In this document: piece by piece, positions 12,155 through 23,519 of the stretch
How the letters are laid out: each line of letters opens with the position of its first letter
Position numbering within the stretch: position 1 is the first letter of the stretch
Origin: Pristiophorus japonicus
Taxonomy: Eukaryota
Assembly: GCF_044704955.1 (NCBI RefSeq)
Contig: NC_091977.1
Location: 92,070,001-92,134,000 of the forward strand
Direction: 5' to 3'
Length of the DNA: 64,000 bases
Position numbers and translations under genes: made by a program
The notes under the pieces: generated by a model
Told to the model about the DNA's origin: nothing
Database searches by the model: none
The model's input: only the letters and a program-made list of their open reading frames with translations

Positions 12155-14429
12155 AAACTGGATAACCTCACATTTATCCACATTATACTGCATCTGCCAT
12201 GCATTTGCCCACTCACCAAACCTGTCCAAGTCACCCTGCAGCCTCTTAGCGCCCTCCTCACAGCTCACACCGCCATCCAGTTTAGTGTCATCTGCAACCT
12301 TGAAGATATTACACTCAATTCCTTCATCTAAATCATTAATGTATATTGTAAAGAGCTGGGGTCCCAGCACTGCGCCCTGCGGCACTCCACTAGTCACTGC
12401 CTGCCATTCTGAAAAGGACCCGTTTATCCCGACTCTCTGCTTCCTGTCTGCCAACCACTTCTCTATCCATGTCAGTACATTCCCACCAATACCATGTGCT
12501 TTAATTTTGCTCACCAATCTCTTGTGTGGGACTTTGTCAAAAGCCTTTTGAAAGTCCAAATACACCACATCCACTGGTTCTACCCTGTCCACTCTTCTAG
12601 TTACATCCTCAAAAAATTCTAGAAGATTTGTCAAGAATCATTTCCCTTCATAAATCCATGCTGACTTGGACCGATCCTGTCACTGCTTTCCAAATGCGCT
12701 GCTATTTCATCCTTAATAATTGATTCCCACATTTTCCCCACTACTGATGTCAGGCCAACTGGTCTATAATTACCCGCTTTCTCTCTCCCTCCCTTTTTAA
12801 AAAGTGGTGTTACATTAGCTACCCTCCAGTCCATAGGAACTGATTCAGAGTTGATAGACTGTTGGAAAATGATCACCAATGCATCCACTATTTCTCGGGC
12901 CATTTCCTTAAGTACTCTGGGATGCAGACTATCAGGTCCCAGGGATTTATAGACCTTCAATCCCATTAATTTCCCTAACACAATTTCCCGCCTAATAAGG
13001 ATACCCTTCAGTTCCTCTTTCTCACTAGACCCTCTAGTACTTCCGGAAGGTTGTTTATGTCTTCCTTCGTGAAGACAGAACCGAAGTATTTGTTCAATTG
13101 GTCTGCCATTTTTTTGGTCGCTATTACAAATTCACCTGAATCCGACTGCAAAGGACCTATGTTTGTCTTCACTAATCTTTTTCTCTTCACATATCTATAG
13201 AAGCTTTTGCAGTCAGTTTTTATTGTTCCCTGCAAGCTTCCTCTCGTATTCTATTTTCCCCCTCTTAAATAAACCATTTGTCCTCCTCTGCTGAATGCTA
13301 AATTTCTCCCAGTCCTCAGATTTGCTGCTTTTTCTGGCCAATTTATATGCCTCTTCCTTGGATTTAACACTATTCTTAATTTCCCTTGTTAGCAACGGTT
13401 GAGCCACCTTCCCCATTTTATTTTTACACCAGACAGGGTTGTCCAATTGTTGAAGTTCATCCATGTGATCTTTAAAAGTTTGCCATTGCCTATCCACCGT
13501 CAACTCTTTAATATCATTTGCCAGTCGATTCTAGCCAATTCACACCTTATACCATCGAAGTTTCCTTTCCTTAAGTTCAGCACCCTAGTTTCTGAATTAG
13601 CTGTGTCACTCTCCATCTTAATAAAGAATTCTACCATATTATGATCACTCTTCCCCAAGGGGCCTCGCACAACAGGATTGCTAATTAGTCCTTTCTCATT
13701 ACAAATCACCCAGTCTAGAATGGCCCCTCTCTAGTTGGTTCCTCGACATATTCGTCGAGAAAACCATCCCTAATACACTCCAGGAAATCCTCCTCCACCG
13801 CATTGCTACCAGTTTAGTTCGCCCAATCAATATGTAAATTAAAGTCACCCATGATAACTGCTGCACCCTTATTGCATTCATCCTTTATTTCTTGTTTGAT
13901 GCTGTCCCCAACCTCACTACTACTGTTTGGTTGTCTGTACACAACACCCCCACGAGTGTTTTCTGCCCTTTGGTATTCCGCAGCTCTACCCATACAGATT
14001 CCACATCATCCAAGCTAATGTCCTTCCTTACTATTGCATTAATTTCCTCTTTAACGAGCAATGCCACCCCGCCTCCTTTTCCTTTCTGTCTATCCTTCCT
14101 AAATGTTGAATACCCCTGGATGTTGAGTTCCCAGCCTTGGTCACCCTGGAGCCATAGCTCCGTGATGAAAATTACATCATACCCGTTAACTGCTATCTGC
14201 GGAGTTAATTCGTCTCCCTTATTCCGAATACTCCTCGCATTGAGGCACAGAGCCTTCAGGCTTGTCTTTCTAACACACTTTGCCCCTTTATAATTTTGCT
14301 GTAACGTGGCCCTTTTTGCTTTTTGCCTGAGGTTTCTCTGCCCTCCACTTTTACTTTTTTTCTTTCTATCTTTTGCTTTTGCCCCCATTCTACTTCCCTC
14401 TGTCTCCCTGCATAGGTTCCCAACCCCCT

Positions 14430-15331
14430 TCATATTAGTTTAACTCCTTCCCAACAGCACTAACAAACACTCCCCCTCGGACATTAGTTCCGGTCTTGCC
14501 CAGGTCCAGACCATCCGGTTTGCACTTGTCCTACCTCCCCCAGAACCGTTTCGAATGTCCCAGGAATTTGAATCCTTCCCTTCTGCACCACTCCTCAAGC
14601 CACGTATTCGTCTGAGCTATCCTGCGATTCCTACTCTGACTAGCATGTGGCACTGGTTGCAACCCTGAGATTACTACTTTTGAGGTCCTACTTTTTAATT
14701 TAGCTCCAGCTCCCTAAATTCGTCTCGTAGGACCTCATCCCATTTTTTACCTATATCGTTGGTACCTATATGCACCACGACAACTGGCTGTTCACCCTCC
14801 CTTTTCAAAATGTCCTGCACCCGCTCCGAGACATCCTTGACCCTTGCACCAGGGAGGCAACAAACCATCCTGGACTCTCGGTTGCAGCCGCAGAAACGTC
14901 TATCTATTCCCCCTACCACTTTAGCTCTCCCACTCTTTTTCCTGCCCTCCTGTACCCATGATGCCATGAACTTGGCTGCTGCTGCTCTCCCCTGATGAGT
15001 CATCCCCCTCAACATTACCCAAAGTGGTGTATCTGTATTGCAGGGGGATGACCACAGGGGACCCCTGCACTACCTTCCTTGCACTGCTCTTCCTGTTGGT
15101 CACCCATTCCCTATCTGGCTGTGTACCCTTTACCTGCGGTAAGACCCACTCACTAAACGTGCTATTCACATCATTCTCAGCATCGTGTATGCTCCAGAGT
15201 AAATTCACCCGCAGCTTCAGTGCCGCAATGCGGGTCTGTCAGGAGCTGCAGGCAGATGCACTTCCCGCACATGTAGTCATCAGAAGTGTCCATGACTTCC
15301 CACATATTACGTGTCCGAGCTCTCCTGCCAT
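14430..15331 (-). pseudogene. CR1 ORF1 (Cys-rich/leucine-zipper N-terminus plus SGNH esterase-like domain), disrupted
   Basis: Starts MAGELGH; YMCGKCICLQLL; RMVCCLPGARVKDVSERVQDILKREGEQPVVVVHIGTNDIG. Confidence 0.8.
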
Positions 15332-15520
15332 GACTTAATCCTTAGATTAACTTAATTTGGCAACAACAATGCTGAAAGGTTACTTACTGATAAAGAAAAG
15401 AAAGAGAAAAACTACTCACCAATCACCAACCAATCACTTACCCCCTTGTCTGTGATGTCACCTTTCGATTTCTTTCTACTTTTTTGCCTTCTCTTCCAGC
15501 TGCAGCTGGACCAGCTGTCC

Positions 15521-15708
15521 TTTATAGGCCGCTGCCTCCTCGAACTCCCGCCTCTCACGAACTCCCCAGACACCCGACTGCTGGGCCTTTATAGGCCGCT
15601 GGCTCCTCGAACTCCTGCCTCTCACGAACTCCCCGGACACCCGACTGCTGGGCCTTTATAGGCCACTGCCTCCTCGAACTCCTGCCTCTCCTAACTTCCT
15701 GGACACCC
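15521..15708 (-). repeat. 67-bp tandem repeat (about 2.8 copies) in the CR1 5' UTR, each unit with TATAAA
   Basis: TTTATAGGCC recurs at 15521, 15588 and 15655. Confidence 0.9.
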
Positions 15709-16445
15709 AATATTGAAATATGAATATATTAAAATATGAAACTTAGAATGTTGCGAAGAATAATAGTAAGCCTGAGGATTGGGAGAGTTTCAGAAACCAG
15801 CAAAGGATAACCAAAAAATTGATAAAAGTAAAAATACAGACTATGAGAGTAAACTAACAAGTAATATAAAAACAGACTGTAAGAGCTTCTACAAGTATGT
15901 AAAGAGGGAGAGTGTAGCAAAAGTAAACATTGGTCCCTTGGAGGCTTATTATGCGGAATAAGGAAATGGCAGAATCGTTAAACAAATATATTTTGTATCT
16001 GTCTTCACGGTTGAAGATGCAAAAAGCATACCTAAAGTGGTGGGGAACCAAGGGTCTAATGATGGTGAGGAACTTAATGTAATTAATATAAGTAGAGAAA
16101 AAGTACATGGGGAACTAATGGGACTAAAAGCTGACAGATCCCCTCGATCTGATGGCCTACATCTTAGGGTTCTAAGGCCCCAAATTTCCCCAGCTGCTTC
16201 GAGCGGCATAGTTAGAAGTGGTGCGCTGACTTCGTGGGGGGAAAAAAGTACCAAAAATGTACCTTTCAATTTGGCCGCTCCCTTGTCATCCGGATCCATC
16301 GGCGTGGCGCTGCAGAGCCGGGGGCGCGGAGCTTTGGCCGCGCTTGCTCAGCGCGGCCGGTGGAGGGGGCAGGGCTTGAGCCCAGAATTTTGTGGAGTGC
16401 CGACAGGGGGACACATGACCGTTTGAGCATGCGCGATTCAGCTTG

Positions 16446-16457
16446 CGCGCATGCGCA
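16446..16457. promoter_or_regulatory. NRF1-type palindrome CGCGCATGCGCA in the CpG-rich Harbinger end, upstream of the Myb gene
   Basis: Exact match to YGCGCAYGCGCR about 200 bp upstream of ATG 16652; function inferred. Confidence 0.5.
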
Positions 16458-16651
16458 GTGCACCAGGAAGCTTGGCAATCGGCCAATTAAAGGGAGAGTG
16501 CCCTCTGAATCATTGGTAATGGAGCATATACAAAGCTGAGGTTTGAATATTGATTTTTGTGTGGCTGAGGAATGGAAAGGAGTGCTGGATAGGTGGAAGA
16601 AAAGTGTGGTGTGATTTTTGAACATTACCTGCGTTTGAGTCCAATAGACAA

Positions 16652-18012
16652 ATGGCACAAGAGCGTGCAAGACGAACCAAGAATTTCCTCCATGAGGAAG
16701 TGAAGAAATTAGTGACTGTCATTGAGGAGAAATGGCTGGAGCTGGATATCAGCAAGAGTGGTCCGTCAAAAATTTCACCCAAGGAAATGAGAAAAAAATG
16801 GAACCTCGTTGCAGAAGAATTCTCCGCTGGGATCAACACCGCAGGATCTGGAAGCCAGTGCAAGAAGAAATGGCAGGACATTGGTCAAGTAATGAGTGTA
16901 AGTACTATCTTCATCTTTAACTGGAATTGCACTGGAAAATGTGACCATCTGTATGTGTCCCACCCATCAGAAGCGCACCATGTCTGAAAATTAATATTTT
17001 CATCTTTGCAGAAGAAATTGGCTGACAACAAAAGGGAAAGACTTAGAACAGGAGCAGGTCCGCCAAATCTGCACCAACTGTCACCCCTGGAACAGAGGGT
17101 TGCTGCCTTGCTGAGTCGCACCGGCAGAAAAAGAATCAGCTCTGCACAAGCTGGACCCACACGCAAGGGTGAGGGTGAGTCGTTAAAATTCCCTTCAAAT
17201 CAACCTGCTGACTGGCCTGCTACACGTCAGACTACTCATGCCACCCATCCTGCCCCCTCCTGTGCTGCTAACCATTTGACTGTTCTGTTGTATTTTGCAG
17301 AAGAAGAAGACACTCCTCAAAATCCTGAAGATCCACCAGAGGATCCAAATGCGTGCGCTCCAGACCAAGGCGGGTGGGGGGAGGAGGAGTCCATGAAAAT
17401 GGGTGCTCGGGAGAATGCTGACCGCAATATGGATCAGGCCATAGTACAGGGCATCACACTGCCAGAAACCTCCATGAGCTCCTCAGCAACATTGCATGGG
17501 TTCACACCTTCCGAGGTCGCGGGTCCCAGTGGCGGTCGGGAAATGCATCTTGGGACACCCAATCCCCCACCATCCCAGCCTGCGCCTGGCATGGAGGGGT
17601 GCCACTAGGCAGACCCACGGCGACGGGAAGGAGAAGCCGACCAGTCTCTCCTGAGATGCAGCCCTCAGCAGAGGTGAATCAGGTTGTTTCATTGGGTGAG
17701 GAGACCAATGCCCTCACAAGATCACTCGTGGCGGCCGTCAGTGGGGTGCGTGATGAGGTCGCGACACTGTCGGGTGAAATCTCTGCACTAAGACTGGAAG
17801 TGTGGGCAAGCATTTCAGAGGGTGTGCAGACGATGGCAGATGCCATGAGGGAGCTGGCTTCTGCAATAAGGGCACAAAGGCCAGATACTCAAATGCCACT
17901 CCCACTTCAATCCACGCACCAGCCACTGGTCAGACCCAAGCCGGGCCCCCAACTCCCCCCACCATCATCACCGACCCTAAGAGAAAGTGCACTTTCCCCG
18001 AGATGTGGGTGA
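16652..18012 (+). pseudogene. Harbinger Myb/SANT-like (NAIF1/MSANTD-type) gene, 3 exons: 16652-16897, 17012-17174, 17301-18012; one frameshift near 17598
   Basis: RRTKNF..EEV..W..VAEEF..QCKKKWQD; GTAAGT/TTTGCAG and GTGAGT/TTTGCAG introns (phases 0 and 1); exon 2 KKLADNKRERLRTGAGPP; C-terminal coiled-coil-like segment. Confidence 0.85.
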
Positions 18013-20917
18013 GGGATGGGTGCAGCCTTTCTTTGCTGTTGCTGTTGTTGTTGTTGTTGTTGGTGTCATCCAATAAAAGATATTTTGCATCAAAACTGAA
18101 TCATGCTTCATTAGGACCACGCAACATTTATGGCCAACTGTAAAAAGTAAAAATCCCTCACCCCTACAGTCATGCTTAGGGCGAGCCGGTGCATTCTGCA
18201 GTCGGCAAGATAGGGCTGCTCTATTTTCAGTAGATTTATCTTTCATTTATTTTTGATGATGTTGTGCAGTTGTTGTGCTGAAGATGTTGTAATGTTGTGC
18301 TGATATTGTGAAGGTCTTTAGTGCTTTAGAATCGTCTAACTCGCCTTCCCCTTCCCCCCTCCCCCCCGCCACCCCCTTATCTCTGGCTACCTGCGCTGCT
18401 TTCTTAAATGTAGGTAAAGTTTTTCTGTGCTTACAAAAGTGGCCACATACACTGGCCTAAGTTAGTTTGGAGTAACTTTCAGCTGGCCAAATTTGCTTCT
18501 ATGGCCAGAAGAGGCGTAAGTGGCTTGTCACGTCCCCTTTTGGAGAGAACAAACTAAACTAGAAAAAAAACTAACGAACTGACTTACATTGGAGCAAGTT
18601 AAATGGAGAAATCTGCAATTTTTAAGTTACTCCAAAAAAAGCTACTTACTCCAAAAAAACAGGGCAACTCTTGGGGAAATTTGGGCCCTAAAAGAGGTGG
18701 TTGCAGAGATAGTGGATGCATTGGTTTTGATCTTTCAAAATTCTTTAGAGTCCAAAATGGTCCCAGAGAATTGGAAGGTAGCAAATGTAATACCACTTTC
18801 AAGAAAGGAAGGAGAGGAAAAAAACAGTTAGCCTGTCATCAGTCATTGGGAAATGCTGGAATCCATTGTTAAAGAAGTGGTATCAGGGCACTTAGAAAAT
18901 CATAACATGATTAGGCAGAGTCAACTTGGTTTTCTGAAAGGGAAATCATGTTTGACAAATTTATTAGAGTTTTTTGAGGATGCAACTAACAGGGTAGATA
19001 AAGCGGAACGAGTAGATGTAGTATAATTGGATTTCCAAAGTGCATTCGATAAGGTGGCGCATAAAAGTTTATTATACAAGATAAGGTAATGTATTGGTAT
19101 GGATAGAGGATTAGTTACAGGCAGAAAACAGAGTAGGGATAACGGGTCTTTTTCAGGTTGGCAGGTTGTAACTAGTGGGGTGGCACAAGGATCAGTGCTT
19201 GGGGCTCAGCTATTTACAATCTATATTAATGACATAGATAAAGGGTCCAAGTTTGCTTATGATACAAAGCTAGGTGGGACAGTAAGCTGTGAGGAGAACA
19301 CAAAGCAACTGCGAAGGGATATAGATAGACGAAGTGAGTGGCGGTAAGGTGGCAGATGGAGTATAATGTAGGGAAAGTGAGGTTATTCATTTGGTAGGAA
19401 GAATAAAAAAACACTGTCTTTTTTAAATGGTGAGAAACTTTTAAATATTGGTGTTCAGAGAGATTTGTGCAAGAAACAAAGAAAGCTAGCATGCAGGTAC
19501 AGCAGTAGTAAGGAAGGCAAATGGCATGCTGTCCTTTATTGCATGGGGCTTGTTGAATAAGAGTAAGGAAGTCTTACTACAATTGTAGAAGGCCTTGGTG
19601 TGATCACACCTGGAGTACTGTGAACAATTTTGGTCTCCTTATCTAAGGAAGGATGTACTTGCCTTCGAGGCGGTGCAATGAAGGTTCACTAGCTTGATTT
19701 GTGGGATGAGAGGGCTGTCTTATCATAAGAGATTGTGTAGAATGGCTCCATACACTCTGGAGTTTATAAGAATGAGAGATGATCTCATTGAAACATACAA
19801 GACTCTGAAGGGGATTGACAGGGTAGATGTCAAGAGGTTGTTTCCGCTAGCTGGAGTATCTAGAACTAGGAGGCACAGTCTCGGGATAAGGAGAAGGCCA
19901 TTTAAGACAGAGATGAGGAGGAATTTCTTCACTCAGAGGGTTGTGAATCTTTGGAATTCTCTGCCCCAGAGGGCTGTGGATGCTGAGTCTCTGAATATAT
20001 TCAAGGTTGAGATCGATAGATTTTTGAAATCCAGTGGAATCAAGGGATATGACCAGGCGGAAAAGTGCAGTTGGTCAGCCATGACCTTATTGAATGGCGG
20101 AGCAGGCTTGAGGGACCGTGTGGCCTACTCCTGCTCCTATTTCTTATATTCTTTCTTATGTTTAAATCAACCTCTTGCTCTTGCTCTTGGACTCAGTGCA
20201 GTCCAATGTGATGCAGAACGATGAACTCAAAGAAGATGGTCTATTCCTGATCCACTTTCTACAGCAACAATTAAAGATGACCAGTCTGTCTGTCCTGTAC
20301 AAGATTATGACTGGAACAGGACCAAAAGAATTGCTAATATTTTTGCAGAAGCTGTTATATCTCTAAATTTCGTATTAATACAAAAACCCAGCAGTGAATC
20401 TTCACTCAATACTTCTTTTATTCGTAAAATCTCTCTTCTTGACAGTATTATCACCCGAAATTCCATAATTTCTTTATGTGGAAATGTTCAAATGCACAGT
20501 AGCATCACTTGCAGAACTAGGCTTCTGAATCATGCATTTGGCTATAGTAAACCTATTTCCCACTGATACTGCAGTACAATTTCTAATAAAATATTCCTCA
20601 ATTCCCAGCAATCCCTTGTAATTTTGTCATGCTACCTAATATAGAAAAATAAAGTACATGTGGGTGAACACGTAAGTTTATTGTATAGAGTGGAGATTAT
20701 TATAGCTAAGGATCAAAGTAAATTTAGAGACATTCAAGAAGAATTTTTGGTGATGGGGAAAGCGGGGTTGGGATATTATAAGGAGACCTCAGGGATAATT
20801 AAGTGGGTGATAGCACTACAAAATTATGGATTTTAATTTAGAACGAAGAGATGTTAAAAAGATGTATACTCTATGAGGAAAAATTAAAATATCAAGATGG
20901 AGACCACATTGCCTAAA

Positions 20918-21897
20918 CCATCATCATCATAGGCAGTCTCTCGAAATGAAGGTGACTTGCTTCCACGCCAAAGAAAGCATGAGTTCACATGTGTTTCGAA
21001 TGAAGAATCCGAACTACAAGGGTGGAAGGTGCCTGTGCACGGTTTTTGTTAACGTGCGGTGGCCATTGCACATCAGCCACCACACGGGCTTGACAGAGCT
21101 GGGTCTTGGTCCAGTGGCAAGGATTACCCAAGTCGACTGGAGACTTGCTCTGCTGCACGGACCTAGTGCACACACATATTGCAGTGTGTGCTGGCTCGTG
21201 CTGCCCCTGGGCCCCTGGCTCCAAACTCACACCTCCCCTGGGCCCTGATCACAACCCTCCACAGTCTCTCACAGCTCCTTCGCCCCGATCTCTCCGCTCC
21301 TGCTGTATCTGGCCACGCTCCAATCACCGACCTGGACCTTGCTGACGTCACTCTTCGCTGCCGTTGCCCTCCTGTACCAGCTCGCACTGTACCTTTCAGT
21401 GGTATGCCTCCACGCTGCTCTCGGGCCGCACGCCGCTCCTTTTATGGCCCCGACCTGTCGCTTTCTACCCTACATAAACTCCAGCTCACCCAAAACTCGG
21501 CAGCCCGTGTCCAAACTCTCACCAAGTCCCGCTCACCCATCATCCCTATGCTCTCTGAAGTATATCGGTTCACAGGAGTTTTATCACACAAAATCTCACG
21601 CCGAGCCACATATAGAGAAATTATATGGACCAAAAGCTGGGTCAAAGAGCTAAGTTTTAAGGAGCGTCTTAAAGGAAGAAAGAGAGGCGGAGAGGTTTCG
21701 GGAGGGAGTTCCAGACTTAGGATCTTCGCACCAATTGTTGAACGATTATAATCAGGAATGTGCAACAGGCCAGAATTGGAGGAGCACAGACATCTCGAGG
21801 GTGGGCGGGGGTGGGGGTTGTCGGTCTGGAGGAGGTTACAGAGATCGTGAGGGGTGAGGCCATGGAGGGATTTGAAAATAAGGATGAGAATTTTAAA
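20918..21897 (-). mobile_element. Composite RTE-tailed non-autonomous element (20918 to about 21460) plus two oppositely oriented L2 pieces, bounded by one TSD
   Basis: Shares only the last about 45 nt and (CAT)n tail with RTE; L2 on + about 21465-21565 (LHKLQLTQNSAAR); L2 on - about 21570-21897 (FKILILIFKSLHGL); TSD ATTGCCTAAA at 20908-17 and 21898-907. Confidence 0.8.
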
Positions 21898-22171
21898 ATT
21901 GCCTAAATAAGGAGGGTATGAATAATCCAAAAGCTAAGATGAATTATTTTAAAATGTAAGGCATCGATAAGATAATGAGGACTGGCCTAATGATTGATTA
22001 GTCAATAAATGCAGGCAGAGAGATTTTAGAGGAATACAGAGAATAGACTATCATAAAAATCGATTAATATAATGTTAAATACTCCTTTAAAAAAATGCTT
22101 AACATAATTTGGTTAAAAACACGATTGAAAGTGTAATTACAGACAATAAAATACTTTTACAGGTTCATTAT

Positions 22172-23115
22172 GGGCTTAAGTTTTGGCTCGAGTTGCTCCT
22201 ATTTTTTTGGAGCAACTAGTTTAGTATGGAGTATCTTAGAAATCACAATTCTCGGCATTTAGTTTGCTCCAGTTCTAGTTAGTTAGAATAGTTTCGTTTT
22301 CGTAGTTTTTTTTTTCAAAAGTGGGTGTTGCCAGCCACTTACGCCTGTTTTGCAAGTTTAGGCAGTGAATACTTACTCCAAACTAACTTAGAACGGAGTA
22401 AGTGTCGGTTTTTGTACATTCAGAAAAACCTTGCCTATAAATTAGGTGCAGGAAGCGAGAGATGGGGGGGGAAAAGGAAGTTAGAGGGAAGTTAGGGGAA
22501 TTTACAAAGCATTAAAAAGCCATCATCAATAATAAATGATAAATAAATCAATAAATCAATAAATCAACCAATAAATCAATCAAAAAAAATTTAAAAATAA
22601 AAAATTTTAAAAAAATAATAAAAAATCAATCAATAAATAAAACATTTAAAGTTTCTACTCACCTACTGCAGCACCGGGAGCCCTCCAACAGCCTGCTGAA
22701 GAGCTGCTTGGGAGGGGTCCGCCCCCAACGAGATGCCGGTTGGGCGGGCCCCGCTGCCGAAGAGGAGTTCGGGTGGGGCCTGCTCCCGACGAGATGCTGG
22801 GCGGGCCCCGCCGCAGAAGAGGTAAGAGCAGTCAGGCCACTTGGCCCAGGATAGGGGCGACGTCCCTTCGGCCAGGGATAGGGTCATCGCGCGAAGACAG
22901 GATGTGCTGGGAGGGCCAGGATCTACTGCACACGCGCAGCTGTCGACATTCTTTTTGGTGCAGGGCTGTAGCTCCGCCCCCAGCAGCTCCTGCTGCGCCG
23001 TGCCGAGCTGGAAACGGCCCGACATATATCCGAGAATCGCGAGGTAATTTGTTCCACAAATTAGGCGGGCCTCTCCAATGCGTGCCGATCTAGCAGGGGT
23101 TTGAAACTTGAGCCC
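22172..23115. mobile_element. Harbinger MITE (M1), related to 16176-18688 and 41692-43310
   Basis: TIRs GGGCTTAAGTTT / GAAACTTGAGCCC; TAT/TAA flanks; left about 270 bp homologous to the right end of 16176-18688 (TTACTCCAAACTAACTTAG). Confidence 0.85.
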
Positions 23116-23519
23116 TAATTGTCTGTAGTCCTGCTGGTACTAATCGGTTGTGACTCATGGTCTGTAACTGTGTAGGTTTTAATCATTTTGATTGATATGC
23201 TAGATTTACCACTCAGTTACTTTCAGGCACTGGGGAGAATCTACAGAAAGTATTATTTTTTGATTCCTTCAGGAAACTAAATAAGATTTCACGATAGTGA
23301 TAGCTGTAAGAAGCTGACTCACTGGATTTGATGGCCTTTTCTTGTTCTTAACCTTTTAATCTGCTGGTGCAGCCCTCAAACATTGTGAGGATAAAATAAA
23401 ATACAGCTCTATCCAATTTATTTCTTGTTTAGATTTATTTTTTCAATCAAAATGATGCTTTATTTTAGCTACTTATTTCAATGTGTGCTTTGTCGAGTGT
23501 AAATCCGCAGGGACCACCA

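Larger units (their letters stand above)
9073..15710 (-). mobile_element. Near full-length CR1 (5' UTR repeats, ORF1, ORF2, 3' tail), interrupted by a younger CR1
   Basis: CATAGAAACATAGAAA tail at 9073; ORF2 pieces 9155-9830 and 12155-14300; ORF1 about 14430-15331; tandem 5' repeats 15521-15708. Confidence 0.92.
16176..18688 (+). mobile_element. Non-autonomous PIF/Harbinger element carrying only a Myb/SANT gene
   Basis: TIRs GGCCCCAAATTTCCCCA / TGGGGAAATTTGGGCCC; TAA TSD at 16173-75 and 18689-91; cleanly splits the host CR1 at ..RVL|KEV.. Confidence 0.92.
7250..20160 (+). mobile_element. Older CR1 (endonuclease to 3' end) hosting nested insertions; pieces about 7250-7954, 8883-9072, 15730-16175 and 18689-20160
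   Basis: Pieces are collinear along CR1 ORF2 (LNA.SI.NK, ITETWL, SDHN, HLRVL|KEVVAEIVDA, RT, C-terminus) and end in TTCTTATG. Confidence 0.85.

Noticed and set aside
464-14293. Recurrent antisense ORFs such as MTSHFPTLYSIC.. and MSSATLKILHSIP..
   Set aside because: Shadow frames of the CR1 RT coding sequence repeated in every copy
20175-20366. 63-aa ORF in unique sequence
   Set aside because: Non-ATG start, no homology recognised, no supporting plus-strand splice signals
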